Below are positions 9,193 through 18,148 of a stretch of 64,000 nucleotides of DNA, piece by piece. The notes below the pieces were generated by a model, which was not told the DNA's origin, did no database searches, and was given only the letters and a program-made list of their open reading frames with translations. This stretch comes from an uncultured Candidatus Rokubacteria bacterium (GTDB lineage Bacteria; Methylomirabilota; Methylomirabilia; Rokubacteriales; CSP1-6): the NCBI GenBank assembly GCA_963771355.1, contig CAVYTA010000007.1, forward strand, positions 704,001-768,000, written 5' to 3'. The position numbers and the translations under genes are program-made. How positions within the stretch are numbered: the stretch's first letter is position 1; the number at the start of each line of letters is the position of its first letter.

Positions 9193-10455
9193 ATGATTGC
9201 AGTGTTCCTCGGCGGCGTCCTCCTCAGCGTCGTGATCCTTTTCGCCTTGGTCGTGTGGTCGATTCGCCGTCACCGCGACCCCGACCTGCACATCGAATGC
9301 GACTCACGCATCGATCAACTGATCCCCACGCTCGCGGGCTTGACGCTGGGGACGGCGGTCGCCGGCAACACGGCGGAGGTGCTCGAGAACGGCGCCTTCT
9401 TCGATGTGCTGATCGGCCGTATCCAGGCGGCGCGAGAATCCGTGCACTTCGAGACCTTCCTGTGGAAGGAGGGGACCCTGGGCCGTCGTGTCGCCGATGC
9501 TCTGATCGACCGAGCGCGGGCCCGAGTGAAGGTGCGGGTCCTGCTGGACGCCGAAGGCTCCAAGGGCGCCGGGACGAGTGTCGTGCAGCAGATGCGTGAC
9601 GCGGGCTGTCGCGTGGTGTTCTTCCACGACCGGAAGATTCGAAACATCGGCGTGTTCAACGACCGCGACCACCGGAAGCTGGTGGTCATCGACGGGCGCG
9701 AGGCCTTCGTGGGCGGCCACTGCATCGTGGACGAGTGGCTCGGCAATGCGGAAGACGGCAAGCACTATGCGGACATCAGCCTCCACTTGCACGGGCCCAT
9801 CGTGCACACCGTGCAAAGCGCCTTCAGCGAGAACTGGGCCGGCGAGACGGGCGAGCTCTTCGTGGGGGACGACGTCTTCCCGGCGTTGGCGCCGGCGGGC
9901 GACATCCTCATGCATGCCGTGTTCGCCAAGCCAGAGAACTCGGCGCCCGCGGTCAAGATCCTGCACCACACCGCGATCTGCCTGGCGCGCAGCCGCATCT
10001 GGATCCAGAATCCCTATTTCATCCCGGAGCCCGACGCCATCGATGCCTTCGGCGAGGCGGTGGCCCGCGGGGTGGACGTGCGAGTCCTGATGCCTTCGAC
10101 CAGCGGCTCGGACAACCCCATGGTCCAGCACGCCGGCCACCGGAACTTCGAAAAGCTGCTGCGTTGCGGCGTTCGCCTGTTCGAGTACCCGCACACCCTG
10201 CTGCACCAGAAGGTGATGACCGTCGACGGCGTCTGGAGCGCCATCGGCTCGAGCAACTTCGACGACCGCTCGTTCGAGACGAACGACGAACTCACCCTCT
10301 CAATCCGGGACGAGGCGCTAGGGCGGCGGTTCGACGCGATCTTCGAAAAGTATGTCGCGCGGGCGTCCGAGATCGAGCTCGAGCGGTGGCGCAAGCGGGC
10401 GCTGTCGCACAGGCTCACGGACCACTTCTTCTATGCGCTGAACGAACTTCTTTGA
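9193..10455 (+). CDS. Cardiolipin synthase-like phospholipase D family protein
   Basis: Two HKD motifs (DHRKLVVID..GG; LHQKVMTVD..GSSNFDDRS), N-terminal TM. Confidence 0.9.
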   Translation: MIAVFLGGVLLSVVILFALVVWSIRRHRDPDLHIECDSRIDQLIPTLAGLTLGTAVAGNTAEVLENGAFFDVLIGRIQAARESVHFETFLWKEGTLGRRVADALIDRARARVKVRVLLDAEGSKGAGTSVVQQMRDAGCRVVFFHDRKIRNIGVFNDRDHRKLVVIDGREAFVGGHCIVDEWLGNAEDGKHYADISLHLHGPIVHTVQSAFSENWAGETGELFVGDDVFPALAPAGDILMHAVFAKPENSAPAVKILHHTAICLARSRIWIQNPYFIPEPDAIDAFGEAVARGVDVRVLMPSTSGSDNPMVQHAGHRNFEKLLRCGVRLFEYPHTLLHQKVMTVDGVWSAIGSSNFDDRSFETNDELTLSIRDEALGRRFDAIFEKYVARASEIELERWRKRALSHRLTDHFFYALNELL

Positions 10456-10526
10456 CCGACACGAACATGCCGTCGCGATTGGCCGCGGTAGATAGTCACC
10501 GATCACCAGGAACGCGCGGCGGTCCA

Positions 10527-11498
10527 TCACTCGATCACCCGATCCGCTCGTAGCAAGAGCGACGGCGGGATCGTCAGGCCGAGCGCCTTGGCGGTCTTGA
10601 GGTTGATGACCAGCTCGAACTTCGTCGTCTGTTCCACGGGCAGGTCGCCCGGCTTCGCCCCCTTTAGAATTCTGTCGACATAGTAGGCGGCCCGCCGGAA
10701 CATGTCAGGAAAGCTCGGCCCATAGGCCATGAGACAACCATCGACTACAAAGGTGCGCTCTTGGCACACTGCCGGGAGCCGACCTTTCGCCATCAGCCTC
10801 AGGATCGTCGTCCGGTGAGCGGCAAAGAGCGGTGACGCCAGTTGGATGACCGCTTGGGCACGCTGCTGCCTGGCGGCTTCAAATGCTCGCTCCAGGTCCT
10901 GCTCCCCTCGCACCTCGAGGACTTGCAGGATGAGCCCCAACGATGGGGCTACCCGCTCGACAGCCTTGACTGCGTTTGGCCTGACCGAATCCCACAGCAC
11001 AGCCACGCGGCTGACCTCCGGAATAGCCTCCCTCAACAGTTGCAGTCGTTTGGTTACTAGCTCGGAGTCTTGAAAGGAAAGTCCGGTGAGGTTTCCGCCC
11101 GGACGCGCGAGGCTGGTGACGAAGCCCTGTTCAACCGGGTCCTCAACGATGGCCATGACAATGGGAATCACGCTGGTGGCGCGCTGAGCCGCACGGATCG
11201 CATGCGGACCCGAGGTCACAATGACGTCAGCCTTAAGCCCGACTAACTCAGCCGCAAGGCCGGGAAACCGCTCTGGCTTGCCCTCGCCCCATCGATACTC
11301 AATAGCGATGTTTTGGCCCTGCACGTACCCGCGTTCACGCAATCCTTCGCGAAATGCCGTGAGCCAGGAGGACATGAGGGAGGAGGTGGCGGTCCCGAGG
11401 AGACCTATAAGGGGAACCTTCCCCGCCGGCTGCGCCTCGGCGGCGAGCGGCGCAACAAGCAGCGCGGCAGCACCAGCCAGGAGCGCGCGGCGCTCCAT
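10527..11498 (-). CDS. ABC transporter substrate-binding protein (ABC_sub_bind family)
   Basis: GFVTSLARPGGNLTG, DLPVEQTTKFELVINLKTAKALG..ADRVIE. Confidence 0.9.
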   Translation of the reverse strand: MERRALLAGAAALLVAPLAAEAQPAGKVPLIGLLGTATSSLMSSWLTAFREGLRERGYVQGQNIAIEYRWGEGKPERFPGLAAELVGLKADVIVTSGPHAIRAAQRATSVIPIVMAIVEDPVEQGFVTSLARPGGNLTGLSFQDSELVTKRLQLLREAIPEVSRVAVLWDSVRPNAVKAVERVAPSLGLILQVLEVRGEQDLERAFEAARQQRAQAVIQLASPLFAAHRTTILRLMAKGRLPAVCQERTFVVDGCLMAYGPSFPDMFRRAAYYVDRILKGAKPGDLPVEQTTKFELVINLKTAKALGLTIPPSLLLRADRVIE

Positions 11499-12472
11499 CA
11501 CTCGATCACCTGATCCGCCCGGTGCAGGAGCGACTGCGGGATCTTGAGGCTGAGGACTTTGGCGGTCTTGAGGTTGATGACCAGCTCGAACTTGGTGGGC
11601 TGCTCGATGGGAAGGTCGGCGGGTGGCGCGCCCTTGAAGATTCTGTCCACGAAGCTCGCGGCGCGACGATAGTGGTCAGGATAGTTCACTCCGTAGACGA
11701 TCAACCCCCCGGCGAACTCCATGGATGCGTATATCGCCGGCAGGCGATGCTTTGCCGCAAGGTCAACGATGACCCGCTGATTCGCCTGCGTGAGGGAGTC
11801 AAGCCCCACCACGAGCACATCTGCACGCTGCCTGATCGCGCTGTCGAACGCCGGCCCCAAATCTTCAGGCTTTCGCACATCGAGAAGCTGAGGGTGGATC
11901 CGCAGGGATCGCGCCGACGTCTCGACCTCTCTCCACGACGGTGGGATGGACGGGTTGCTCATGTTGAAGAGGGCGGCGAGTCGTACGGCTCGCGGAACGA
12001 GTTCCTTGAGCAGGTCGACCCGTTTCGCGTATATGTCCGTTACCTGGGCGCTTAGCCCGGTGATATTCCCGCCCGGGCGCGCGAGGCTCGCGACGACGCC
12101 CTGCCCTACCGGATCGCCAATCCCCGCCATGACCACGGGAATCGTCGCCGTGGCATTCTTGGCCGCCAGGGCCGCTGGCGTCCCCCTCGTCACGATTAGG
12201 TCCACCTTCAACCGAACCAACTCCGCCGCCAGGCTCGGGTATCGCTCGTCGCGGCCGTCGGTCGATCGGTACTCGATGACGAAGCTTTTCCCCTCAACGT
12301 ATCCAAGGTCCCGCAGTCCCTGTCGGAAGCTATCGACGTTGGCGGCATTTATCGCCGTTGATGTCCTCTCGAGCATGCCGATGCGATAGAGCTTCTCTGG
12401 ATGCTGCGCCTCGGCGGTGCGCGGCGCGGCAATCAGCGCGGCAGCACCAGCCAGGAACGCGCGCCGGTCCAT
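11498..12472 (-). CDS. ABC transporter substrate-binding protein (ABC_sub_bind family)
   Basis: MDRRAFL, GYVEGK, GVVASLARPGGNITG, DLPIEQPTKFELVINLKTAK..ADQVIE. Confidence 0.9.
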   Translation of the reverse strand: MDRRAFLAGAAALIAAPRTAEAQHPEKLYRIGMLERTSTAINAANVDSFRQGLRDLGYVEGKSFVIEYRSTDGRDERYPSLAAELVRLKVDLIVTRGTPAALAAKNATATIPVVMAGIGDPVGQGVVASLARPGGNITGLSAQVTDIYAKRVDLLKELVPRAVRLAALFNMSNPSIPPSWREVETSARSLRIHPQLLDVRKPEDLGPAFDSAIRQRADVLVVGLDSLTQANQRVIVDLAAKHRLPAIYASMEFAGGLIVYGVNYPDHYRRAASFVDRIFKGAPPADLPIEQPTKFELVINLKTAKVLSLKIPQSLLHRADQVIE

Positions 12473-13455
12473 CACTCGATCACCTGATCCGCCCGCGTCA
12501 GCACTGACGGCGGGATCGTCAGGCCGAGGGCGTGAGCGGTGGCGTTGTTGACGACCAACTCGAAACGCGTGGGTTCTTCCACAGGAAGCTGGCTCGGCCG
12601 CGTGCCCTGCAGGAGCTTGCCCGCGTAGAGCGCGGCACGTTCGTACAGGTCCGGAACGTATGGCCCGTACGAGAGGAGGCCGCCCCCCCGGGCGAAGAAC
12701 CAATCCGCCGCCGCGGTGACGACCCGATGCCGCAAGGCAAACAGCGCGATGTCTGGCCTGACCGGCCCGATCAACTGCTCGAAGAGGAGTAGGCCGTCTG
12801 GACGCTCCTGGCCCATCGAGCCGAATGTCTTCTCAAGGTCCCGAGAGGACGTGATCCGAAGAGCAGAGAGCTGCACGCCGAGGGTTCGGGCGGCTCGTTC
12901 AAGACCCACGAACCGCTCCTGATGTAGCTCGATCGTCGGGCTCCAGAGCACGGCCACCCGTGCGAGCCGCGGATTGATCTCCTTGAGAAGCTCGAGGTGT
13001 TTGGCGGCGAGCTGCCCGAGGGGGACGCTCAAGCCTGTCACGTTTGCGCCCGGTCGACCGAGGCTGGCTACCAGTCCCTCGGCCACGGCGTCGGCGACGT
13101 TGACCATGACAATCGGCGTGCTCTTCGTGGCCTGGCGTGCGGCCTGCGTCGCCTCATTGCCAAACGCGACGATAACATCGACTTTTCGCTGAACGAGCTT
13201 TTTCGCCGCGTCCGAGAGGCGGCCGTAGCCAACACCGGCGCCGCTCATGTCTAGCGAGGCGTTCCGGCCGAAGACGTACCCGGCCCGCTCGAAACCTGCC
13301 AGAAACGCGCGGTCCCAGTCCATGACAGCATTTGGGAGGGTCGAGCAGTTGCCCGGGCACAGAAAGGCCACCTTCCCCGTCGGCTGCGCTTCGGCGGCAA
13401 GCGGAGCGGCGAGGAGAGTAGCTGAGGCCATCGCGAGAAAGGTGCGCCGCTCCAT
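12472..13455 (-). CDS. ABC transporter substrate-binding protein (ABC_sub_bind family)
   Basis: MERRTFL, GLVASLGRPGANVTG, LPVEEPTRFELVVN..ADQVIE. Confidence 0.9.
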   Translation of the reverse strand: MERRTFLAMASATLLAAPLAAEAQPTGKVAFLCPGNCSTLPNAVMDWDRAFLAGFERAGYVFGRNASLDMSGAGVGYGRLSDAAKKLVQRKVDVIVAFGNEATQAARQATKSTPIVMVNVADAVAEGLVASLGRPGANVTGLSVPLGQLAAKHLELLKEINPRLARVAVLWSPTIELHQERFVGLERAARTLGVQLSALRITSSRDLEKTFGSMGQERPDGLLLFEQLIGPVRPDIALFALRHRVVTAAADWFFARGGGLLSYGPYVPDLYERAALYAGKLLQGTRPSQLPVEEPTRFELVVNNATAHALGLTIPPSVLTRADQVIE

Positions 13456-13640
13456 CACGGGTCCTCCGTCAGCTTCTTGAGTGCCGCCTCGAGCAGCGCC
13501 CGGATCTCCGCATCCCGCTCCCGCCGGGTCTCGGCCTTCCGCTGCCGGCTCCGGGCCGCCCGACACCGGCCGCTGCAGACCTCCTGGCCGGCGTGGATCG
13601 GCACCTTCTGGCAGACGGGGCATAGCCGGGAGGCTAGCAT
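13455..13640 (-). CDS. Small Zn-ribbon protein (DUF2116-like), copy 3, intact
   Basis: MLASRLCPVCQKVPIHAGQEVCSGRCRAARSRQRK..DAEIRALLEAALKKLTEDP; CxxC-11-CSxxC; TGATG-coupled to the SBP gene. Confidence 0.75.
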   Translation of the reverse strand: MLASRLCPVCQKVPIHAGQEVCSGRCRAARSRQRKAETRRERDAEIRALLEAALKKLTEDP

Positions 13641-13821
13641 GCCCCCTCTAGCAGGCGCACGTACGCCGTCCGGGCTCGCTCCAGGCGGAGTTCCCTCGGG
13701 CCAGGAGCCGACGGCACAGGGGTCGTGGGTGGACCGAGACGGGGACGAGAGTCCTCTGTCCCTCAGGGCGGGTGCGTGGCGGACGAGATCACGCCGACTG
13801 GATCAGGGTGCGAAAACTAAA

Positions 13822-14664
13822 TCAATCAACCAGGGCGCCACGCATAGCGGCTTCCTTGTATTCGAGGTGAGGAGCCGTATATCGGCGCACTTCCTTCAGG
13901 GCCCAGATCTCGGCGTCGCTTAGATCAGGGTGCCAGAGCTGAATCAACAAGACGATTCGAGCGGAATCGCTTTTGTTCCAAGCTTCGTGCTCGAATGAAT
14001 CGTCAAAGACCAGGCACCGGCCCTCCTGCCATCTCACCACTTCGCGTCCTACTCGTAGTTCAGATGCCGGTGTAACAACAAGCCCCAGATGACATGTCAA
14101 GCGTGTGTTCACAGGCCCGCAATGCGGTTTGATGTGAGATTCCGCGTCCAGCACCGAACAAAATATGTTCTCGCTGGGGCCCATAGGCATGCAGCTCTTG
14201 AGGAGGCTGGACGTGCTTGGGCAAACCCGATGAATCGCCTCTTGTTCCTCTCCTAAGACGTAGAAGTACTTGACTCGCCAGGTTCCGGCATCGGTAAGCT
14301 TTTGAGGATGCGGAATCAATCCCCCGCGTCCAATCATATCGAGCAGCTCATCTCGGATTTGCTGATATCCGTCTTCCAATCTCGCAATCCAGGGAATCTC
14401 TCGAGGATCATGAATGGGGAGCGCGCGTAGGCCGGGAAAGTAGCTCACCCGTGGTTTTTGCAGGGGGTGGACATGCGGAAACAGCCGCTTGTCGTAATGA
14501 CTGCGCAGATAAGAGTGCACACGGTCCAGGCTGGATGCCGGGATACCTTTCTGGGCGGCACGGCGCAACAGCCACAACCAAATAAAGTTAAATTTGAGCT
14601 GCTGACGTCGGCTCCGGGGAACGAGCTTGAGTCCGTAACGGGCGGATTGTTCTAGTATATTCAC
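13822..14664 (-). CDS. Aspartyl/asparaginyl beta-hydroxylase domain protein (Fe/2OG dioxygenase)
   Basis: HIKPHCGPVNTRLTCHLGL, WQEGRCLVFDDSFEHEAWN; GGAGG before GTG 14664; visibly lower GC than the core. Confidence 0.85.
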   Translation of the reverse strand: MNILEQSARYGLKLVPRSRRQQLKFNFIWLWLLRRAAQKGIPASSLDRVHSYLRSHYDKRLFPHVHPLQKPRVSYFPGLRALPIHDPREIPWIARLEDGYQQIRDELLDMIGRGGLIPHPQKLTDAGTWRVKYFYVLGEEQEAIHRVCPSTSSLLKSCMPMGPSENIFCSVLDAESHIKPHCGPVNTRLTCHLGLVVTPASELRVGREVVRWQEGRCLVFDDSFEHEAWNKSDSARIVLLIQLWHPDLSDAEIWALKEVRRYTAPHLEYKEAAMRGALVD

Positions 14665-14784
14665 CGACCCCTCCAATTAGGAGAAGAGGCAAAGATGTCT
14701 CGAATTATCGGGCCTCCGAGACCTCCCTGAGAACAACCAAGAGAACAACCAACAACCGTAGAAGGGCCTTCACCTAGGGACGAA

Positions 14785-14813
14785 AAGGTATTCGCATTCA
14801 CGAACCGTGTCAA
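14785..14813 (-). promoter_or_regulatory. Sigma70-type promoter for the hydroxylase gene
   Basis: TTGACA-17 bp-TACCTT on the minus strand. Confidence 0.55.
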
Positions 14814-14952
14814 GGGCGAGGTTCCGCTTTAGGTGGCTGATTTTCAGGGGTCCGCGCGTCGATTCAGCGAAGGGAGCTGCGGGGTTACCGCGAGTGCTCG
14901 GCGGTGCCGTCGGCGAGGCTGCGACCCGTCGCCCGGTATTGCCCGACCTGAG

Positions 14953-15408
14953 CTAGTCGACTTTCGACACGTCGACGGTGCCGGCGATGGGCTGGCCGTC
15001 GACGAGCAACGCGTAGGGCCCGACCAGATCCGGACCCGTGCCCAGCACCGTGCCCAGCGAGAAGCCGCCCACGCCGCGGCGCTGCGCGGTCAGGGCCAGT
15101 CCCTCGGTCTTCGGATCGCCGAAGATCAGCTGGTCATTGGCGAGGGTCCCGGTGAACTCGCGCCGGACCGTGGGCAAGCCGAACCACGCGGCCGTCGCGG
15201 TGAGCCGATCGCCGCTGCCCCGGGCGATTTGCAGGGTGAATCTGGCGGAGACCCCGCCGCTGCGCCAGGAACCGGTCCAGCGCCCCACCAGGGCCGCCGC
15301 TTCGGGGCTGGTCGTGGTGAGGGGGACGGTGTGCGCGCAGCCGGAGGAGAGGGAGAGCGCAACGATCAGGGCCAGGTATCGAGCGGCGGTCGCGGACGAT
15401 CGCATCAT
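14953..15408 (-). CDS. Putative lipoprotein
   Basis: Hydrophobic signal ending LSSGC (lipobox), LVGRWTGSW. Confidence 0.65.
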   Translation of the reverse strand: MMRSSATAARYLALIVALSLSSGCAHTVPLTTTSPEAAALVGRWTGSWRSGGVSARFTLQIARGSGDRLTATAAWFGLPTVRREFTGTLANDQLIFGDPKTEGLALTAQRRGVGGFSLGTVLGTGPDLVGPYALLVDGQPIAGTVDVSKVD

Positions 15409-15538
15409 AGGCTCCGATAGCATTCCTACCACGAGACGGCCCACGAGACAGCAAGGTGGGATCGGCGCCCTGCCGACGGCGCGGTGGCCGGCTATCGCTG
15501 GCCGGCGCCGACGAGGGCATCCGCTTCCATCTCGGGGC

Positions 15539-15766
15539 GTGGTAGGGTCCCGGAGATGCCCGATCTGCCGCACGGCTGCCGCCCGCCGGGAGGTATGCAG
15601 CGGCAACTGCCGGGCCGCCTGGAGCCGGCTTCGGAACGAGCCGCGTCAGCCTTGGCCTCACGCGTCGTCGATGCCAGCAACCGGAACTATGAGCGCGCCG
15701 AAGATTGCCGCCGAGCGCGATCGGGTGACTGAGGAACGTCCACACGCGGAGGAACGACTCTCATGA
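15539..15766 (+). CDS. Zn-ribbon ORF copy 4, divergent
   Basis: VVGSRRCPICRTAAARREVCSGNCRAAWSR; stop overlaps ATG 15763. Confidence 0.4.
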   Translation: MVGSRRCPICRTAAARREVCSGNCRAAWSRLRNEPRQPWPHASSMPATGTMSAPKIAAERDRVTEERPHAEERLS

Positions 15767-15888
15767 ACCCCCTTGACATGCCGGATCCGCCCGACTGGCC
15801 CTGGTATCTCGATCCGATGTTCTTGATCGCGGGCCTCATCATCGCGGTGGCGGCGTGGTGGGTGTGGTCGGGGCGAGCGCCAAGATAG
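15763..15888 (+). CDS. Small membrane peptide (41 aa)
   Basis: GGAGG RBS; MNPLDMPDPPDWPWYLDPMFLIAGLIIAVAAWWVWSGRAPR; below the ORF-track cutoff. Confidence 0.55.
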   Translation: MNPLDMPDPPDWPWYLDPMFLIAGLIIAVAAWWVWSGRAPR

Positions 15889-15991
15889 CGCGAGAGATCC
15901 AGTTCGCCCGCGCAGTGGGCGCTACGCCTCGATTGGCCCGGCTTGTAGCATCATCCGCCTCCTCTGTTGTCGGAGGCCAGCGCACCCGACG

Positions 15992-17032
15992 CTAGCGCGG
16001 TGCGCCGGTGAGGGTGGCCAGGCGCTGCCGCCAGGCGGGCAGCGCGGCGGGGTTGCGCACGTAGAGCGGTGGCTCGCCGCGCAGGGCCCGCAGAACGTTG
16101 TCGGCCGCGGCCTCTACCATCCGGTCGTAGAGCGTCTGAGGATGGCCGATATTGTGCCCGGTGGCGATCACGCGCGGGTGAGTCCGTAGCGGGTTGTCGG
16201 CCGGCGTCGGCTCCTCCTCCCACACGTCCAGCCCCGCTCCCGCGATGCGGCCGTCGTCGAGCGCGCGACGCAGCGCCGCCTCGTCGACCAGGGGGCCGCG
16301 CGCAGTGTTCACGAGGTACGCGTCCGGCCGCATGAGGGCGAGCTCCCGCGCGCCGATCAGGTGATGGGTCTCCGCGGTGAGGGAGGCCTGGACGGAAACG
16401 ATATCGGACGACCGTAGCAGGGTATCCAGATCCACGAGGGTCACGCCCTGTTCCGCGGCGTCCGCGGGCTTCACGTAGGGGTCGTAGCAGAGGAGCCGGC
16501 AGTCCCAGCCCGCGAGCCGGCGCGCCAGGGCACGTCCCACATTGCCCAGGCCGATCATCCCGATGGTGGAGCCGGCCACCATCCGGCCCGCGTCCGCCAC
16601 GCCCCACCCGCCCCCGCGCAGAGCCGCGTGCTTGGCGGGGACTTCCTTGAGGAGCGCGGTGCTCAGCATCACGATGGCCTCGGCCACGCCGAGATAGTTG
16701 TCGGGCACCGCGCCGTAGCCCACGATCACCCCCGCCGCGGTGCAGGCGTCGAGGTCGATGGCCTCGGTGCCGATGTAGTAACAGCAGATCGTCTTCACGC
16801 GCGGCGCGCCCGCGATGACCTCGCGCGAGATCGCCTCGCCCGACCCGACCACGAGCGCGTCCGCGTCGCCGAAGTAGCGGGCGATCTCGTCCGCGGCGAA
16901 CCGGGTGGTGACCTTCGGGTCCGCCGCCGGCGGGCCGAGCCGGATCTCACAGCCGCCCCGCTCCAGCAGGCGGCTGATATCCGCGGCCCGCCCCAGCCGG
17001 CGCGAGACGTAGACAAGGGGCGGGGGAGTCAT
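15992..17032 (-). CDS. D-isomer-specific 2-hydroxyacid dehydrogenase family protein
   Basis: IGMIGLGNVG, YLVNTARGPLVDE, GAGLDVWEEEP, TGHNIG. Confidence 0.9.
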   Translation of the reverse strand: MTPPPLVYVSRRLGRAADISRLLERGGCEIRLGPPAADPKVTTRFAADEIARYFGDADALVVGSGEAISREVIAGAPRVKTICCYYIGTEAIDLDACTAAGVIVGYGAVPDNYLGVAEAIVMLSTALLKEVPAKHAALRGGGWGVADAGRMVAGSTIGMIGLGNVGRALARRLAGWDCRLLCYDPYVKPADAAEQGVTLVDLDTLLRSSDIVSVQASLTAETHHLIGARELALMRPDAYLVNTARGPLVDEAALRRALDDGRIAGAGLDVWEEEPTPADNPLRTHPRVIATGHNIGHPQTLYDRMVEAAADNVLRALRGEPPLYVRNPAALPAWRQRLATLTGAPR

Positions 17033-18057
17033 GCGCGGCCAGCCGCGGTCCGGCGCCGAACCTCGGGCAGCACCTCGCGTCCCAGCCGCTCGATGCCCGC
17101 CAGCACCTCCTTCTGTGGCATGCCGGGCCAGCTCACCCGCATGGTCGCGTGCGTGACCCCGGCGCGATGCTGGCGCAGCAGTGCCTCCACCACCTGCGCG
17201 GGCGAGCCGACGGCGAAGCGGTTCGCGGCCAGGCGACGGAGCTGTGCCTCGGGCGCCGCGCCGGCCTCGAGCGAGATGCCGGGAATGCCCCAGGAGAGAT
17301 AAGCGGCGTACTTTTCCAGAAGATACGGCGCGGCGCGGCGGATGGCCGCGTCCTCGTCCGCCCCGCAGGACACCTCGAGAATGCGACAGATATGCGGGCT
17401 CGCGGCCAGGCCCGCCGCCGCCCGCGCGGCGGCAAAGGCCGCCGCCTGCGCCGCGAACTCGTCCACCGTGGGCACGGGCACCACGAGCCACCCGTCGGCG
17501 ATGCGGGCCGCGCGCGCGATGCCCGCGGCCACCTGGGAGCCGACCAGGATGGGCGGGCGGGGCTGCTGGAGGGGCCGCGGGCGGATGCCGATCCCCTCGA
17601 GCTGCCAGTGGCGCCCCTTGTGCGTCACCGTCTCCTCGGTCCACAGCCGCCGGATGATCTCGATCCCCTCGGTGAGCCGGCTCACGCGCTCCGACATCGG
17701 CACCCCGAAGGCGGCGAACTCCTCGGCGCGATAGCCGAGCCCCACGCCCAGCAGGAATCGCCCGCCGGTGATCACGTCCAGGAAGGCCCCGATCTCGGCG
17801 AGCTCCACCGGGTTGTGCAGCGGCAGCAGCACCAGGTTGGTCCCCATCGCCATGCCTTCGGTCTCGGCGGCGAGACGCTGGAGCAGCGGCAGGAGGGGGA
17901 AGTAGTGGAAGCCGGGGGTGACGTGGTGCTCGCCGCCCCAGAGGGAGTCGAACCCGAGGGCGCGGATCAGACGCGCTTGCTCGAGCGTCTCCGAGAAGCG
18001 GCGGGCGGGGTCGTCGCCGGCTGGATGCTGCGCGTTCACATAGATGCCCAGCTTCAT
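17029..18057 (-). CDS. LLM class flavin-dependent oxidoreductase
   Basis: GFDSLWGGEHH, PLHNPVELAE, GRFLLGVGLGYR..EF, PRPLQQPRPPI. Confidence 0.9.
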   Translation of the reverse strand: MKLGIYVNAQHPAGDDPARRFSETLEQARLIRALGFDSLWGGEHHVTPGFHYFPLLPLLQRLAAETEGMAMGTNLVLLPLHNPVELAEIGAFLDVITGGRFLLGVGLGYRAEEFAAFGVPMSERVSRLTEGIEIIRRLWTEETVTHKGRHWQLEGIGIRPRPLQQPRPPILVGSQVAAGIARAARIADGWLVVPVPTVDEFAAQAAAFAAARAAAGLAASPHICRILEVSCGADEDAAIRRAAPYLLEKYAAYLSWGIPGISLEAGAAPEAQLRRLAANRFAVGSPAQVVEALLRQHRAGVTHATMRVSWPGMPQKEVLAGIERLGREVLPEVRRRTAAGRA

Positions 18058-18148
18058 GGGGTGGCGTCCCTCCGGGCGCGATCCTGCGCCGGGGGCGCCG
18101 GTCGCGTCAAGCACCGACCCGTGCTCTGCTACACTCGCGCCCACGGCC

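Noticed and set aside
13701..13719. CCAGGAGCCGACGGCACAG resembles the 3' part of the FMN riboswitch (GGAGCCGACGGU..AGUCCGGAUG)
   Set aside because: None of the three copies has the 5' AGGGC..GAAAUUCCC..CGGCGGU half or the following UCCGGAUG, and no riboflavin gene is adjacent
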